Shown in pieces: positions 36,283-46,853 of a DNA stretch of 64,000 bases (its first letter is position 1; each line of letters opens with the position of its first letter). The notes under the pieces were generated by a model that made no database searches, was not told the origin of the DNA, and saw nothing but the letters and a program-made list of their open reading frames with translations. The stretch covers positions 577 through 64,576 of the forward strand of contig CAJXAV010000003.1 in assembly GCA_913050095.1 (NCBI GenBank), read 5' to 3'. The stretch is from an uncultured Gammaproteobacteria bacterium. GTDB lineage: Bacteria > Pseudomonadota > Gammaproteobacteria > Poriferisulfidales > GCA-002705445. The translations under genes and the position numbers were made by a program.

Positions 36283-37625
36283 TTTTTATGTAAAACAAAT
36301 TCTTTATTATTATATAAATTAGATTTTGCGTTTGAATTCTCTACTTTATTTTCTTTTTTTATATAGCTTAAAAACTCATGCCTATAATGATTAATAAAAC
36401 TTTCAACAGGCATTGCTGCTGCGTCTCCTAAAGCACATATTGTGCTTCCTGATATCATTTTTGGAATAGATTCAAGAGTTTTAATATCATCCAAGGTACC
36501 ATGACCTTTAATAATTTTATCGATTACTTTATACATCCACCCTGTTCCTTCTCTGCAAGGCGTGCATTGCCCGCATGACTCTGAATAATAAAATCTTGCT
36601 ATTCGATGAATGACTTCAACCATATTTGTTGTTTCATCCATAACAATTACTGCTCCCGAGCCTAGTAGCGAACCTGCATTGGCAATAGATTCATAATCCA
36701 TATTTGTTTTCATCATAATATCGCCAGGTAAAACAGGAACAGATGATCCGCCGGGAATTACAGCTTTAAGATTTTTACCGTTCTTCATTCCTCCAGCTAA
36801 ATCAAGAAGAGTTTCAAATGAAGTTCCTAGGGGGATTTCATAGTTACCAGGTTTATTAACATGTCCAGACACTGAAAAACATTTAAATCCTGGGCTAGCT
36901 TCAGTACCTACAGACTTAAACCAGTTTGATCCGTTGTCTAATATTTTTGGTACAGATGCCAATGTTTCAACATTGTTAATTATTGTTGGGCAGCCAAACA
37001 GTCCTTTTAGAGCTGGAAATGGTGGCTTATATCTTGGGAACCCTTTTTTTCCTTCAATTGATTCTAACATCGCCGTTTCTTCACCAACTATATAAGCACC
37101 GGCTCCAATTAAATCATGAATATCGATATTTATATCTGACTTTAAAATATTTTTCCCAACAAGTTTATTATCATATGCATCTTTTAGTGCATTTTTAAAA
37201 CTTGTATAAACATCATCGATAAATTCACCTCTTAGATAGCAATATGCGGTCTCGGCTCCTATTGCGTAACTTGCTATAAGCATTCCTTCTATTAAAGCAT
37301 GTGGATTATATCTAAGAATATCTCTATCCTTACACGTGCCAGGCTCTGATTCATCTGCATTACATACAAGATATTTAGTGTCGGTTGAATCTTGATTAAT
37401 AAAGCTCCATTTCCTACCTGTTGAAAATCCTGCGCCTCCTCTTCCTCTTAGACCTGAATCTATTACAGTATCAATTATCTCTTGTTTACTTAATTTATTT
37501 AAAAGGATATTTTTCCATGTCTCATATCCTCCTAATTTAATATAAGTATCATATGTATTTGGATTGTTACTTGATAATGTTGAATAACACAATTCATTAA
37601 GTCTTAAGTTATCAGTCATTTTCAA
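36279..37625 (-). CDS. nuoF: NADH-quinone oxidoreductase subunit F
   Basis: 448 aa with FMN/NADH-binding GAGAYIVGEETA and 4Fe-4S motif CGQCTPCREG. Confidence 0.95.
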   Translation of the reverse strand: MKMTDNLRLNELCYSTLSSNNPNTYDTYIKLGGYETWKNILLNKLSKQEIIDTVIDSGLRGRGGAGFSTGRKWSFINQDSTDTKYLVCNADESEPGTCKDRDILRYNPHALIEGMLIASYAIGAETAYCYLRGEFIDDVYTSFKNALKDAYDNKLVGKNILKSDINIDIHDLIGAGAYIVGEETAMLESIEGKKGFPRYKPPFPALKGLFGCPTIINNVETLASVPKILDNGSNWFKSVGTEASPGFKCFSVSGHVNKPGNYEIPLGTSFETLLDLAGGMKNGKNLKAVIPGGSSVPVLPGDIMMKTNMDYESIANAGSLLGSGAVIVMDETTNMVEVIHRIARFYYSESCGQCTPCREGTGWMYKVIDKIIKGHGTLDDIKTLESIPKMISGSTICALGDAAAMPVESFINHYRHEFLSYIKKENKVENSNAKSNLYNNKEFVLHKK

Positions 37626-38106
37626 TATCCTCGATTATTTTATCTATTTTTTCTTTGTTAAGATTTTCATAATATTTATGATCTACTTGCATCATAGGGG
37701 CACCACCACATGCAGCCAAACACTCTCTTTCATCTTTCAAAAAAAACATATCTGTCGATTCGCCTACTTTTATTTTAAGTTTTTTTTCAAGGTGGTTAAG
37801 AATTTCGTCAGAACCATTTAACATACAAGATACGTTGGTACATACTGATATTGTATGTTTTCCAATTTTTTCCGTTTCGAACATTGAGTAAAAAGATGCA
37901 ACCTCGTGAACATCCATTTTATTTAAACTTAAATATTCAGCAATAGCTTCGACATGCTCGGGTTTAATATATTTATTTTCCTTTTGAATTAAATGTAACG
38001 AATATATTATCGCAGGCTTTTTCTTCCCATCTGGAAATTTTTGTAACCATTTATTTATTTTTGTAATTATTTCACTAGAAATATTATAGTTATTATTTTC
38101 ATACAT
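37612..38106 (-). CDS. nuoE: NADH-quinone oxidoreductase subunit E
   Basis: 164 aa thioredoxin-like 2Fe-2S subunit. Confidence 0.9.
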   Translation of the reverse strand: MYENNNYNISSEIITKINKWLQKFPDGKKKPAIIYSLHLIQKENKYIKPEHVEAIAEYLSLNKMDVHEVASFYSMFETEKIGKHTISVCTNVSCMLNGSDEILNHLEKKLKIKVGESTDMFFLKDERECLAACGGAPMMQVDHKYYENLNKEKIDKIIEDIEND

Positions 38107-38111
38107 AATTT

Positions 38112-39368
38112 TTACCTATCTATTTCTCCAAAAACAATATCTTGAGTTCCAATAATAGCAACAACATCAGATATCATATGACCATTTACCATCTCATTTA
38201 GTGCTGCTAAATGAGGAAAACCAGGGGCGCGCATTTTTAGTCTGTAAGGCTTATTTGATCCATCAGAAATCAAAGTAACTCCAAACTCTCCTTTGGGATG
38301 TTCCACAGCACAATATACTTCTCCCTTTGGTATACAATATCCTTCGGTAAATAGTTTAAAATGATAAATAAGTGACTCCATATCTTCTTTGACTTCATCT
38401 CTAGTCGGTGGAGTTATTTTATTATTATCTGAAATGTATTCACCATTATTATTTTTCAACCAATCAACGCATTGTTTTATAATTTTATTTGATTGCCTCA
38501 TCTCTTCAATTCTCACAAGATATCTATCATAGCAATCACCATTTGTTCCAACAGGAATATCAAAATCAAGTTGGCTATAAATTTCATAAGGTTGTTTTTT
38601 TCGAAGATCCCATGGAACTCCAGAACCTCTTAACATTGGTCCAGTAAATCCTAATTGCAATGCTCTTTCTTTAGATACTACCCCAATATCAACAGTTCTT
38701 TGCTTCCAAATTCTATTATCAGTTAATAATGTTTCGTACTCATCTACACATTTTGGGAATCTATTTGTGAAATCTTCTATAAAATCTAATAACGTACCCT
38801 CTCTAGACTCGTTAAGTTTCATCACTTCTTTTTTTGACTTCCACTTTGTTTCTTCATATTTAGGCATAGTTGTTGGCAAATCTCTTGAAACACCACCCGG
38901 CCTGTAGTAAGTTGCATGCATTCTAGTTCCTGACACTGCTTCATAACAATCCATTAGATCCTCTCTTTCTCTAAATGCATACAAAAATACACTCATAGCT
39001 CCAATATCTAGCGCATGAGCTCCTAACCAAAGAAGATGATTAAGTATTCTTGTTATTTCATCAAACATTACTCTTATATATTTGGCTCTATCAGGCACGT
39101 CTATTTCTAAAAGTTTTTCAATTGCTAGGACATATGCATGTTCATTGCTCATCATAGATACATAATCCAATCTATCCATATAACCGATACTCTGATTATA
39201 TGGCTTACTTTCCGCGAGTTTTTCTGTTCCTCTATGAAGCAAACCGATATGAGGATCAGCTCGAACAATTACCTCTCCCTCCAATTCTAAAATCAGTCTA
39301 AGAACACCATGAGCTGATGGGTGCTGCGGTCCAAAGTTCATAGTAAAACTTTTAATTTCAGGCATCAT
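38112..39368 (-). CDS. nuoD: NADH-quinone oxidoreductase subunit D
   Basis: 418 aa 49 kDa subunit. It is separate from nuoC, not fused as in E. coli or Pseudomonas. Confidence 0.95.
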   Translation of the reverse strand: MMPEIKSFTMNFGPQHPSAHGVLRLILELEGEVIVRADPHIGLLHRGTEKLAESKPYNQSIGYMDRLDYVSMMSNEHAYVLAIEKLLEIDVPDRAKYIRVMFDEITRILNHLLWLGAHALDIGAMSVFLYAFREREDLMDCYEAVSGTRMHATYYRPGGVSRDLPTTMPKYEETKWKSKKEVMKLNESREGTLLDFIEDFTNRFPKCVDEYETLLTDNRIWKQRTVDIGVVSKERALQLGFTGPMLRGSGVPWDLRKKQPYEIYSQLDFDIPVGTNGDCYDRYLVRIEEMRQSNKIIKQCVDWLKNNNGEYISDNNKITPPTRDEVKEDMESLIYHFKLFTEGYCIPKGEVYCAVEHPKGEFGVTLISDGSNKPYRLKMRAPGFPHLAALNEMVNGHMISDVVAIIGTQDIVFGEIDR

Positions 39369-40083
39369 CTTCTCCTTTGTTATCAGGCCTTATTACTTTT
39401 GGAATCAACACTCGAGGCTCTATTGTTACAGGCTGATAAATAACTCTTTCTTTATCTAAATCATAATTGACTTCCACATTGCCTATTAATGGAAAATCTT
39501 TTCTTAAAGGGTGACCTATAAAACCATAGTCAGTTAATATTCTTCGTAAATCAGGATGATTTGTAAATACAATGCCAAATAAATCGTACGCTTCCCTTTC
39601 GTACCAATCAGCTGAAGACCAAATTGATGTAACTGTTGGTAATGATGGATTTTCATCGTCATTACAATAAATTTTTACATTAAGTCTTGCGTTAGAACTA
39701 ATCGACAATAAATTATAAATTACTGCAAACCTTTTTTTTGGTTGGTTAAAGTGTTTTTTAGCAGTATCGTAGGTGTATCTACCGCTACTATCTTTTTTTA
39801 TTCCTCTGCTGTAGCCTTTATTATTTGCATTCTTTGCATTCCACTCGCTTAAACCAAAATCAGAATAATCAATTCCTATAATATCTATAAGAATTTCAAA
39901 ACTTATTTGATCGTTTTTACTTAATTTTTTTAGAACATCTATTAAATGGTCTGCATCAAAAACTACAGTATTTGAATTTTCAAACTTATAATTTAAATTA
40001 TCAAAATTTTTATCAAAAAAACAATTTAAATCTATATTTTTTTCGGAAGGTGAATTATTTGAAGAAATATTTTGGTTATTCAT
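39358..40083 (-). CDS. nuoC: NADH-quinone oxidoreductase subunit C
   Basis: 241 aa 30 kDa subunit. It appears to carry an Asn-rich N-terminal extension and a roughly 35 aa internal insertion relative to the ~200 aa homologs I recall. Confidence 0.85.
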   Translation of the reverse strand: MNNQNISSNNSPSEKNIDLNCFFDKNFDNLNYKFENSNTVVFDADHLIDVLKKLSKNDQISFEILIDIIGIDYSDFGLSEWNAKNANNKGYSRGIKKDSSGRYTYDTAKKHFNQPKKRFAVIYNLLSISSNARLNVKIYCNDDENPSLPTVTSIWSSADWYEREAYDLFGIVFTNHPDLRRILTDYGFIGHPLRKDFPLIGNVEVNYDLDKERVIYQPVTIEPRVLIPKVIRPDNKGEDDA

Positions 40084-40106
40084 AATTTTAAACCTATTAA
40101 TTTTAT

Positions 40107-40592
40107 CTATCTCTTTATAGCTTTTTTATTATGAATTTTATTTTTTAGCTGCAGGATTCCATACAAAAGAGCTTCTGCAGTTGGTGGGCAGCCTGGGACG
40201 TAAATATCTACAGGGATTATTCGATCACAACCTCTAACCACTGAGTAGGAGTAATGATAATAACCGCCGCCGTTTGCACATGAACCCATTGAAATTACCC
40301 ATTTAGGATCAGCCATTTGATCATAAACTTTTCTTAACGCTGGTGCCATTTTATTAACTAGTGTTCCCGCCACAATAATTACGTCAGATTGCCTTGGACT
40401 TGGTCTAAACATCATTCCAAATCTATCAAGGTCATATCTTGAAGCTCCAGCATGCATCATTTCAACAGCACAACATGCTAACCCAAAAGTCATTGGCCAC
40501 ATTGATCCTGTATTAGCCCAATTTATTAAATCTTTTGATGAAGTTGTTACATATCCATTACTATTATTATTTAACGATTCGATAATATCCAT
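40107..40592 (-). CDS. nuoB: NADH-quinone oxidoreductase subunit B
   Basis: 161 aa with the N2 cluster Cys motif CCAVEM...C...CP. Confidence 0.95.
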   Translation of the reverse strand: MDIIESLNNNSNGYVTTSSKDLINWANTGSMWPMTFGLACCAVEMMHAGASRYDLDRFGMMFRPSPRQSDVIIVAGTLVNKMAPALRKVYDQMADPKWVISMGSCANGGGYYHYSYSVVRGCDRIIPVDIYVPGCPPTAEALLYGILQLKNKIHNKKAIKR

Positions 40593-40596
40593 AATA

Positions 40597-40953
40597 TTAA
40601 TCCCAATCTAGGGCTCCTTTTTTCCACTCATAAATAAAACCTATTATTAAAATAAACAAAAAAATACTCATAGCAATTAAACCATTAACACCTAAATTCT
40701 CTAAAGAAACAGCCCATGGAAACAAGAAAGCAATTTCTAAATCGAAAATTATAAAAAGAATTGCTACAAGATAAAATCTGATATCAAACTTCATCCTTGC
40801 ATCGTTAAAATTTTCAAATCCACATTCATAAGCAGAGTTCTTTGCTTTACTATTTTCACCTTTATTAAGAAATCTTGAGGCAACAATTGGCATGGCGCCA
40901 ATCAGAATACTAACTATAATAAATAAGAAAATTGGAAAGTAATTATTTAACAT
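40597..40953 (-). CDS. nuoA: NADH-quinone oxidoreductase subunit A
   Basis: 118 aa, three TM helices. First gene of the operon, with a 228 nt AT-rich leader upstream. Confidence 0.9.
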   Translation of the reverse strand: MLNNYFPIFLFIIVSILIGAMPIVASRFLNKGENSKAKNSAYECGFENFNDARMKFDIRFYLVAILFIIFDLEIAFLFPWAVSLENLGVNGLIAMSIFLFILIIGFIYEWKKGALDWD

Positions 40954-41181
40954 AATATATTTAAACTATTTTTTGTAAAAAAAAAGATTTATTTGAAAAT
41001 AGATTGCAAAAACATAAATTTGAGTTATTTAACATAATATATTTTAATAAATATTAAAAAGAAATTACAACATATAAATAAAATAATACAACATGTATTT
41101 GTGAAATTAATTTTATGAGGGCATATACACAACCTATATCATATGTTAAATAAGATTTAATAATCAATGGTTTAGAAAATT

Positions 41182-41266
41182 TGGTGCCGATGGCCGGAGT
41201 CGAACCGGCACAGCTAAAGCTACTGCCCCCTCAAGACAGCGTGTCTACCAATTCCACCACATCGGC
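41182..41266 (-). tRNA. tRNA-Leu (anticodon GAG), type II with long variable arm
   Basis: Reverse complement is GCCGATGTGGTGGAATTGGTAGACACGCTGTCTTGAGGGGGCAGTAGCTTTAGCTGTGCCGGTTCGACTCCGGCCATCGGCACCA. It lies directly downstream of secG, like the E. coli secG-leuU arrangement. Confidence 0.9.
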
Positions 41267-41272
41267 AAGTAA

Positions 41273-41623
41273 TTAATCTGGAATTTCTATATCAGATATA
41301 TTTTTTTTATTATCAATAGACTTTGTTGATGTGTTAGCGTCGTCACCAACTTTAGAGGTTTCGCTGTTTATAATTAAACTTTCTTGGGTAACATTACTTT
41401 TAGCTAAGTAAGCAAGGCCTAAGCAGTTTAAAAAAAACAAAAAAACTAAGAAAGTAGTTAATTTTGTAATAAAGTTTCCTGCTCCAGAAGCCCCAAATAC
41501 CGCACCAGATGAGCCTCCCCCAAACATTCCACTTGCGTCACCTTTACCTTGTTGCATCAAGATAAAAAATATTATCAAAATTGATAAAATTACTGCAGTG
41601 ACTAATAAAATTGTATATATCAT
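41273..41623 (-). CDS. secG: Preprotein translocase subunit SecG
   Basis: 116 aa, two TM helices with a Gly-rich loop. Confidence 0.85.
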   Translation of the reverse strand: MIYTILLVTAVILSILIIFFILMQQGKGDASGMFGGGSSGAVFGASGAGNFITKLTTFLVFLFFLNCLGLAYLAKSNVTQESLIINSETSKVGDDANTSTKSIDNKKNISDIEIPD

Positions 41624-41632
41624 ATATGTTCC

Positions 41633-42382
41633 TTATAGTTTTTCATTGCAAATTTTTGTAAATTCTTCAACATTTAATGAAGCTCCACCAATAAGAACTC
41701 CATCAACACTTTTTGCGCTAAATATTTCTTTTATATTCTTAGTGCTTACACTTCCACCATACAAAACTATTATATCTTTTTCTTGAGCAGAAGAAAGTTT
41801 TTGTGCGAGCTTGCTTTTGATGTACGAATGTATAAATTCAATTATATTTATATCAGGTATTGTACCCGTGCCAATTGCCCAAACAGGTTCATAAGCAATA
41901 ATAATCTTACAATTTTCAAATAATATTTTGTTATCAAGTATATTTTGAAGCTGATTATCAATAACAGATTGGGTTTTACTATTTTCTTTTTGAGAATAAT
42001 TTTCTCCAATACAAAAAATAGGAGTCATATTATTATTAATAACACTTTCAAGAATTTTAGAAAGATTATCTTCGTTATTAAGCGATCTCCATTCTGAGTG
42101 ACCTACTAAAACAAAGTTGCATCCAATATCGTTAAGCATAGCGGCTGAGACACAACTGGTTTGAGCAACTTCATTATTATGATGGCAATGTTGTGCACCT
42201 AGCTCAAAGGATTTATTAATTTTTTTATAAGAGTTTACTTCAGCAAGATGTGGATACGAAGGAAATATAATAATATTGTTTCTTGATGTATTTTTTATAT
42301 TTTTTTCAAAATAATTAAAATATTTTTTAATAAAATCTTTACTACCAGACATTTTCCAATTTGCTGCAATAATTTTTTTCAT
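41633..42382 (-). CDS. tpiA: Triosephosphate isomerase
   Basis: 249 aa TIM barrel with the catalytic AYEPVWAIGTG motif. Confidence 0.95.
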   Translation of the reverse strand: MKKIIAANWKMSGSKDFIKKYFNYFEKNIKNTSRNNIIIFPSYPHLAEVNSYKKINKSFELGAQHCHHNNEVAQTSCVSAAMLNDIGCNFVLVGHSEWRSLNNEDNLSKILESVINNNMTPIFCIGENYSQKENSKTQSVIDNQLQNILDNKILFENCKIIIAYEPVWAIGTGTIPDINIIEFIHSYIKSKLAQKLSSAQEKDIIVLYGGSVSTKNIKEIFSAKSVDGVLIGGASLNVEEFTKICNEKL

Positions 42383-43803
42383 AATAGACTTTTTAACTTA
42401 CGTGCAATAAAAATTTCAATTTCTTTTGAGATGTTATCAACAAATATTTTATCTTTCGCCTCAACCATAATTCTAATACAATTTTCTGTTCCTGATTTAC
42501 GAATTATCAACCTTAATTTACTGCTTTCATATTTATCATGTGCTTCTTTAATAGCTATATTAATTATGTTATTCGATACATTTTTTTCCACAAACAAATT
42601 TGTTATTTTTTGAGGATATTTATCAAGGTAATTTTTTATATTTTTTTGATTAAGAATATCAGAATAGTATAAAAATTGTAAGGCAGCCACTATTGAATCT
42701 CCAGTAGATGAATATTTAAGCATTAGAATATGTCCCGAAGTTTCGCCACCAGTAATAAATTTATTTTCAATCATTTTATCAAAAACATTCTTATCTCCAA
42801 CACTTGATCTTAAAAATTTTATATCTTCAGATTTCAAGAAGTTTTCAAGTGCTTGATTAGTCATTATTGTGCCTACAACTCCTTTAATTTTTTCATCTAA
42901 TATTATCTTTCCTTTTATAATTGTATAGATTATATCATCCCCATCTAATATTTGGCCTTTAGAATTTACTATTACCAAACGGTCACCGTCGCCATCCATA
43001 GAGATACCATAATCAGAATTATTATTTTTTACTATATCAGGAATATTTTTTAAGTACGTAGATCCACATTTGTCATTAATATTTTTACCATTTGGTTTAT
43101 TATTAATAATATTTATCTTAAAACCTGCCTGATGAAAAACTTTTTCTGCGATTTCATAATTAGCACCATTAGCCAAATCTAAAGTTAAATTATATTTTTT
43201 TGTTATTTTATTTAAAGTACTTAAACAGAAATCTATGTATTGTTGCTGTAAATCAATAGTTTTAAATCTTTTATCTAATTCATCTTTATCTTTATCTTTA
43301 TCTTTATCTTTAAAAAAATTATCATCATATTTCCAAGCGATAGTTTTATTTTTAAAAATTTCTATATAGTCTTCGATATGACTTTCTTCATCTTTTGATA
43401 TTTTTATTCCTTGATTATCAAATATCTTAATGCCATTGTCTTTATATAGGTTATGTGAAGCACTTACCATAATGCCAAGATCATATTCAGAGACAAAAAT
43501 TTTTTTATTATTTTTAAATATACACGAACCTTTTTTAGCATATAAAGAAATTGCAGGGGTTGGTACTATTCCTGCAGAGTGAATTTCACAATCAGATTCA
43601 AGTAAACCTATTGAAATTGCTTCAATTATTTTTTTAGATGACTCGCGAGTATCCTGACCAAAAATGATTTTTTTTTTATGATTTTCTGACTTAAAAAGAG
43701 ATTTACCTATAGCCAAGCCAAGTATCTTGAAAAATTCGTAGGTTAAAGGCTCTACTCCATATTCGCCACGTATGCCATCTGTGCCAAAATACTTCCTAGG
43801 CAT
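42379..43803 (-). CDS. glmM: Phosphoglucosamine mutase
   Basis: 474 aa with active-site SASHN loop. It carries an in-frame (KD)5 insertion encoded by a hexanucleotide repeat. Confidence 0.9.
   Translation of the reverse strand: MPRKYFGTDGIRGEYGVEPLTYEFFKILGLAIGKSLFKSENHKKKIIFGQDTRESSKKIIEAISIGLLESDCEIHSAGIVPTPAISLYAKKGSCIFKNNKKIFVSEYDLGIMVSASHNLYKDNGIKIFDNQGIKISKDEESHIEDYIEIFKNKTIAWKYDDNFFKDKDKDKDKDELDKRFKTIDLQQQYIDFCLSTLNKITKKYNLTLDLANGANYEIAEKVFHQAGFKINIINNKPNGKNINDKCGSTYLKNIPDIVKNNNSDYGISMDGDGDRLVIVNSKGQILDGDDIIYTIIKGKIILDEKIKGVVGTIMTNQALENFLKSEDIKFLRSSVGDKNVFDKMIENKFITGGETSGHILMLKYSSTGDSIVAALQFLYYSDILNQKNIKNYLDKYPQKITNLFVEKNVSNNIINIAIKEAHDKYESSKLRLIIRKSGTENCIRIMVEAKDKIFVDNISKEIEIFIARKLKSLL
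43282..43311. repeat. Hexanucleotide tandem repeat (ATCTTT)x5 inside the glmM coding sequence
   Basis: Five perfect consecutive ATCTTT units on the plus strand (AAAGAT on the coding strand) encode KDKDKDKDKD in GlmM. Confidence 0.9.
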
Positions 43804-43814
43804 TTTTGATTCTG

Positions 43815-45731
43815 CTAGTGAGAATTTGCTGTATCAGTAAATCCTGAGTTTTTAACTTGTTCCTGGCTTGATGTTTTTTTGTCATTATCATCATTATCGT
43901 CATCCCATCCTTTTGGTGGGCGAGGTTTAACTCCAGACATAATATCATCAATTTGGTCTTTATCTATAGTTTCGTACATTAATAATGCTTCTGACATTGC
44001 ATGTAACTTATCCATATTGTCATTTATCATCTTTGTAGCTGTATCATAGGATTTATTTATCAATTTTCTTACCTCAGAATCTATTTGTTTTGCAGTATCG
44101 TCTGACATTGTTTTATGTTGAGTCACAGAGTGACCAAGGAAAACTTCTCCGTCTTCATCAGAATATGACATTGGTCCCATTTTATCTGACAGGCCCCATT
44201 TTGTTACCATATTCTTGGCGATTTCAGTTGCTCTTTCAATATCACTTGAGGCTCCAGTTGTAACTTTATCTTTTCCAAAAATCAGTTCTTCCGCAATTCT
44301 TCCCCCATAAAGCGTGCATATCTGACTTTCAAGTCTTTGTTTTGTATTACTGTATCTGTCATCCTCAGGAAGAAACATTGTTACACCTAACGCTCTACCT
44401 CTTGGGATTATAGTAACTTTGTGAACTGGATCATGCTCTGGAACTAATCTACCAACAATAGCGTGCCCAGACTCATGGTACGCAGTAAGTTTTTTTTCGT
44501 CTTCACTCATTACCATTGATTTTCTCTCTGCACCCATCATTATTTTATCTTTGGCTTTCTCAAATTCCACCATAGATACTTTTGTATTATTACCTCTGGC
44601 AGAAAACAACGCAGCCTCATTTACTAAGTTTGCTAAATCTGCACCAGAAAATCCTGGTGTGCCTCTTGCGATTATTGATGGCACGACATCATCTGCTATA
44701 GGTACTTTTTTCATGTGAACTTTTAAAATTTGCTCTCTTCCTCTTATATCTGGAAGCGGTACTACAACTTGTCTGTCAAATCTTCCAGGTCTAAGTAATG
44801 CTGGGTCAAGAACATCAGGTCTGTTTGTAGCAGCGATAACAATCGTTCCTTCGTGACCCTCAAATCCATCCATTTCAACTAAAAGCTGGTTAAGAGTTTG
44901 CTCTCTTTCATCATGCCCACCGCCAACACCTGCGCCTCTATGCCTCCCAACAGCATCAATTTCATCAATAAAAATTATACAAGGAGCGTGTTTTGTGGCT
45001 TGTGCAAACATGTCACGAACTCTTGATGCTCCCACACCAACAAACATTTCAACAAAATCTGATCCTGATATTGTAAAGAATGGGACTTTGGCTTCGCCTG
45101 CAATAGCTCTCGCGAGTAAAGTTTTTCCTGTTCCAGGGGAACCAACCATTAAAACACCCTTAGGAATCTTACCGCCAAGTTTTTGGAACTTAGAAGGGTC
45201 TTTTAAAAATTCAACTAACTCTTCTACTTCTTCTTTTGCTTCCTCTACACCCGCAACATCAGCAAAGGTTACCTTGTTTTGATCCTCTGTCATCATCTTT
45301 GCTTTACTTTTCCCAAATGACATAGCACCTTTACCGCCGCCGCCGCCCTGCATTTGTCGCATGAAGAATAACCAGACACCAATCAATAACAACATTGGGA
45401 ACCATTGAATTAATATTTGTAAGAACAAAGATGGTTTTGCAGGTGGTTCTGTTAAAATTTCAATATTATTTGACAATAAATCATCGACTAACTTTGGATC
45501 ATTTAAACCGTATGTTAAAAAGTTAGTTCCATTTTTGTAAGTACCTGAAATTGTTTTCCCGTCCGCTTCTATAAGAACACTCTCAATTTGATTATCTTTT
45601 ACTTGGTTAATAAACTCAGAGTAAGAAAGATTTGTGGCGTTTTGTTTCTGAGGAATAAAGTTATTAAAGACAGACATAATTACAACTGCGATAACTATCC
45701 ATACAAGCATGTTTTTTAACATATCATTCAT
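43815..45731 (-). CDS. ftsH: ATP-dependent zinc metalloprotease FtsH
   Basis: 638 aa with AAA+ Walker A GPPGTGKT, an SRH region and the zinc site HESGHA. Confidence 0.95.
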   Translation of the reverse strand: MNDMLKNMLVWIVIAVVIMSVFNNFIPQKQNATNLSYSEFINQVKDNQIESVLIEADGKTISGTYKNGTNFLTYGLNDPKLVDDLLSNNIEILTEPPAKPSLFLQILIQWFPMLLLIGVWLFFMRQMQGGGGGKGAMSFGKSKAKMMTEDQNKVTFADVAGVEEAKEEVEELVEFLKDPSKFQKLGGKIPKGVLMVGSPGTGKTLLARAIAGEAKVPFFTISGSDFVEMFVGVGASRVRDMFAQATKHAPCIIFIDEIDAVGRHRGAGVGGGHDEREQTLNQLLVEMDGFEGHEGTIVIAATNRPDVLDPALLRPGRFDRQVVVPLPDIRGREQILKVHMKKVPIADDVVPSIIARGTPGFSGADLANLVNEAALFSARGNNTKVSMVEFEKAKDKIMMGAERKSMVMSEDEKKLTAYHESGHAIVGRLVPEHDPVHKVTIIPRGRALGVTMFLPEDDRYSNTKQRLESQICTLYGGRIAEELIFGKDKVTTGASSDIERATEIAKNMVTKWGLSDKMGPMSYSDEDGEVFLGHSVTQHKTMSDDTAKQIDSEVRKLINKSYDTATKMINDNMDKLHAMSEALLMYETIDKDQIDDIMSGVKPRPPKGWDDDNDDNDKKTSSQEQVKNSGFTDTANSH

Positions 45732-45733
45732 AT

Positions 45734-46360
45734 TTATTGACCCTGCATTTTTGGTTTATTTTTTAAATTTGTAGCTAACATATATATTTCTCTACTATTT
45801 GATTTTGAGGCTTTTGGTTTTATCAATTTAACTTTCTCAAAATTACTTTTTACATCTTTTAAATAATCATCTGTGCCTTTGCCTTGAAATAGCTTTATTA
45901 GCAAGCTACCAGATTCTGACAAATTATTTATAGCAATATCAAAAACCATATCAGCTAAATTTAACATTGCTGGCAAATCTGCACTCTCTATACCACTTAT
46001 ATTAGGGGCAATATCTGACATTACAAGGTCAATTTTCTTAAAATTACCGTTTTTTTCTAGTTTTTCGGCAAAATCGCTAATATCTGATTGTACAAAATTT
46101 ACATTAGGTATTTTTTCCATATCAAGTAGGTCTACTGCCGTAATGTTAATATTTTTTAATTTTTGAGATGCATACTGACTCCAACCTCCAGGAGCGCACC
46201 CAAGGTCTAAAATATTTGAGTTTTCCCTAATTAAATTATACTTTTCGTCAATTTCTTTTAACTTAAAAACTGCTCTTGATCTCCAATTCTCTTTATTAGC
46301 TAGCTTTACAAACTCATCATTAATATGTGATTTATACCATTTTGAAGACTTCTTACCCAT
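45734..46360 (-). CDS. rlmE: 23S rRNA (uridine2552-2'-O)-methyltransferase RlmE/FtsJ
   Basis: 208 aa. SAM motif [12 protein letters not shown]. Confidence 0.9.
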   Translation of the reverse strand: MGKKSSKWYKSHINDEFVKLANKENWRSRAVFKLKEIDEKYNLIRENSNILDLGCAPGGWSQYASQKLKNINITAVDLLDMEKIPNVNFVQSDISDFAEKLEKNGNFKKIDLVMSDIAPNISGIESADLPAMLNLADMVFDIAINNLSESGSLLIKLFQGKGTDDYLKDVKSNFEKVKLIKPKASKSNSREIYMLATNLKNKPKMQGQ

Positions 46361-46826
46361 AGAATATTTCTAATATTTCAAACTCTTTTTCACCGCTTGG
46401 AGTACCTACAGTAACAACATCTCCCTTTTCTTTTCCTATTAACGATCTGGCTATTGGGGAGTTAATCGATATCAAACCTTCTTTTATATCAGCCTCATCG
46501 TCTCCTACAATAGAATAAATTAATTCTGATTCTTTTTCAAAGTCATAGAGCTCAACTTTTGCACTAAAGACAACTTTATTTGATGTAATTTTTTGTGGAT
46601 CTACGATTTCTGCATTTGATAGTTTTAACTTAATATCTTTTATTCTTCCTTCGACAAAACTCTGCTGTTCTCTAGCAGCATGATATTCAGCATTTTCTTT
46701 TAAATCACCGTGTTCTCTTGCTACTGAGATAGCTTCAATAATTTTTGGGCGTTCAACATTAGTAAGATTGTCTAGCTCCTTACGTAATTTTTTTTCACCA
46801 TTTTTTGTAATTGGAAATTTATCCAT
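46353..46826 (-). CDS. greA: Transcription elongation factor GreA
   Basis: 157 aa with the N-terminal coiled-coil acidic tip and a C-terminal FKBP-like domain. Confidence 0.9.
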   Translation of the reverse strand: MDKFPITKNGEKKLRKELDNLTNVERPKIIEAISVAREHGDLKENAEYHAAREQQSFVEGRIKDIKLKLSNAEIVDPQKITSNKVVFSAKVELYDFEKESELIYSIVGDDEADIKEGLISINSPIARSLIGKEKGDVVTVGTPSGEKEFEILEIFYG

Positions 46827-46853
46827 ACATTAATTATGAAGATGATAAAGTTT

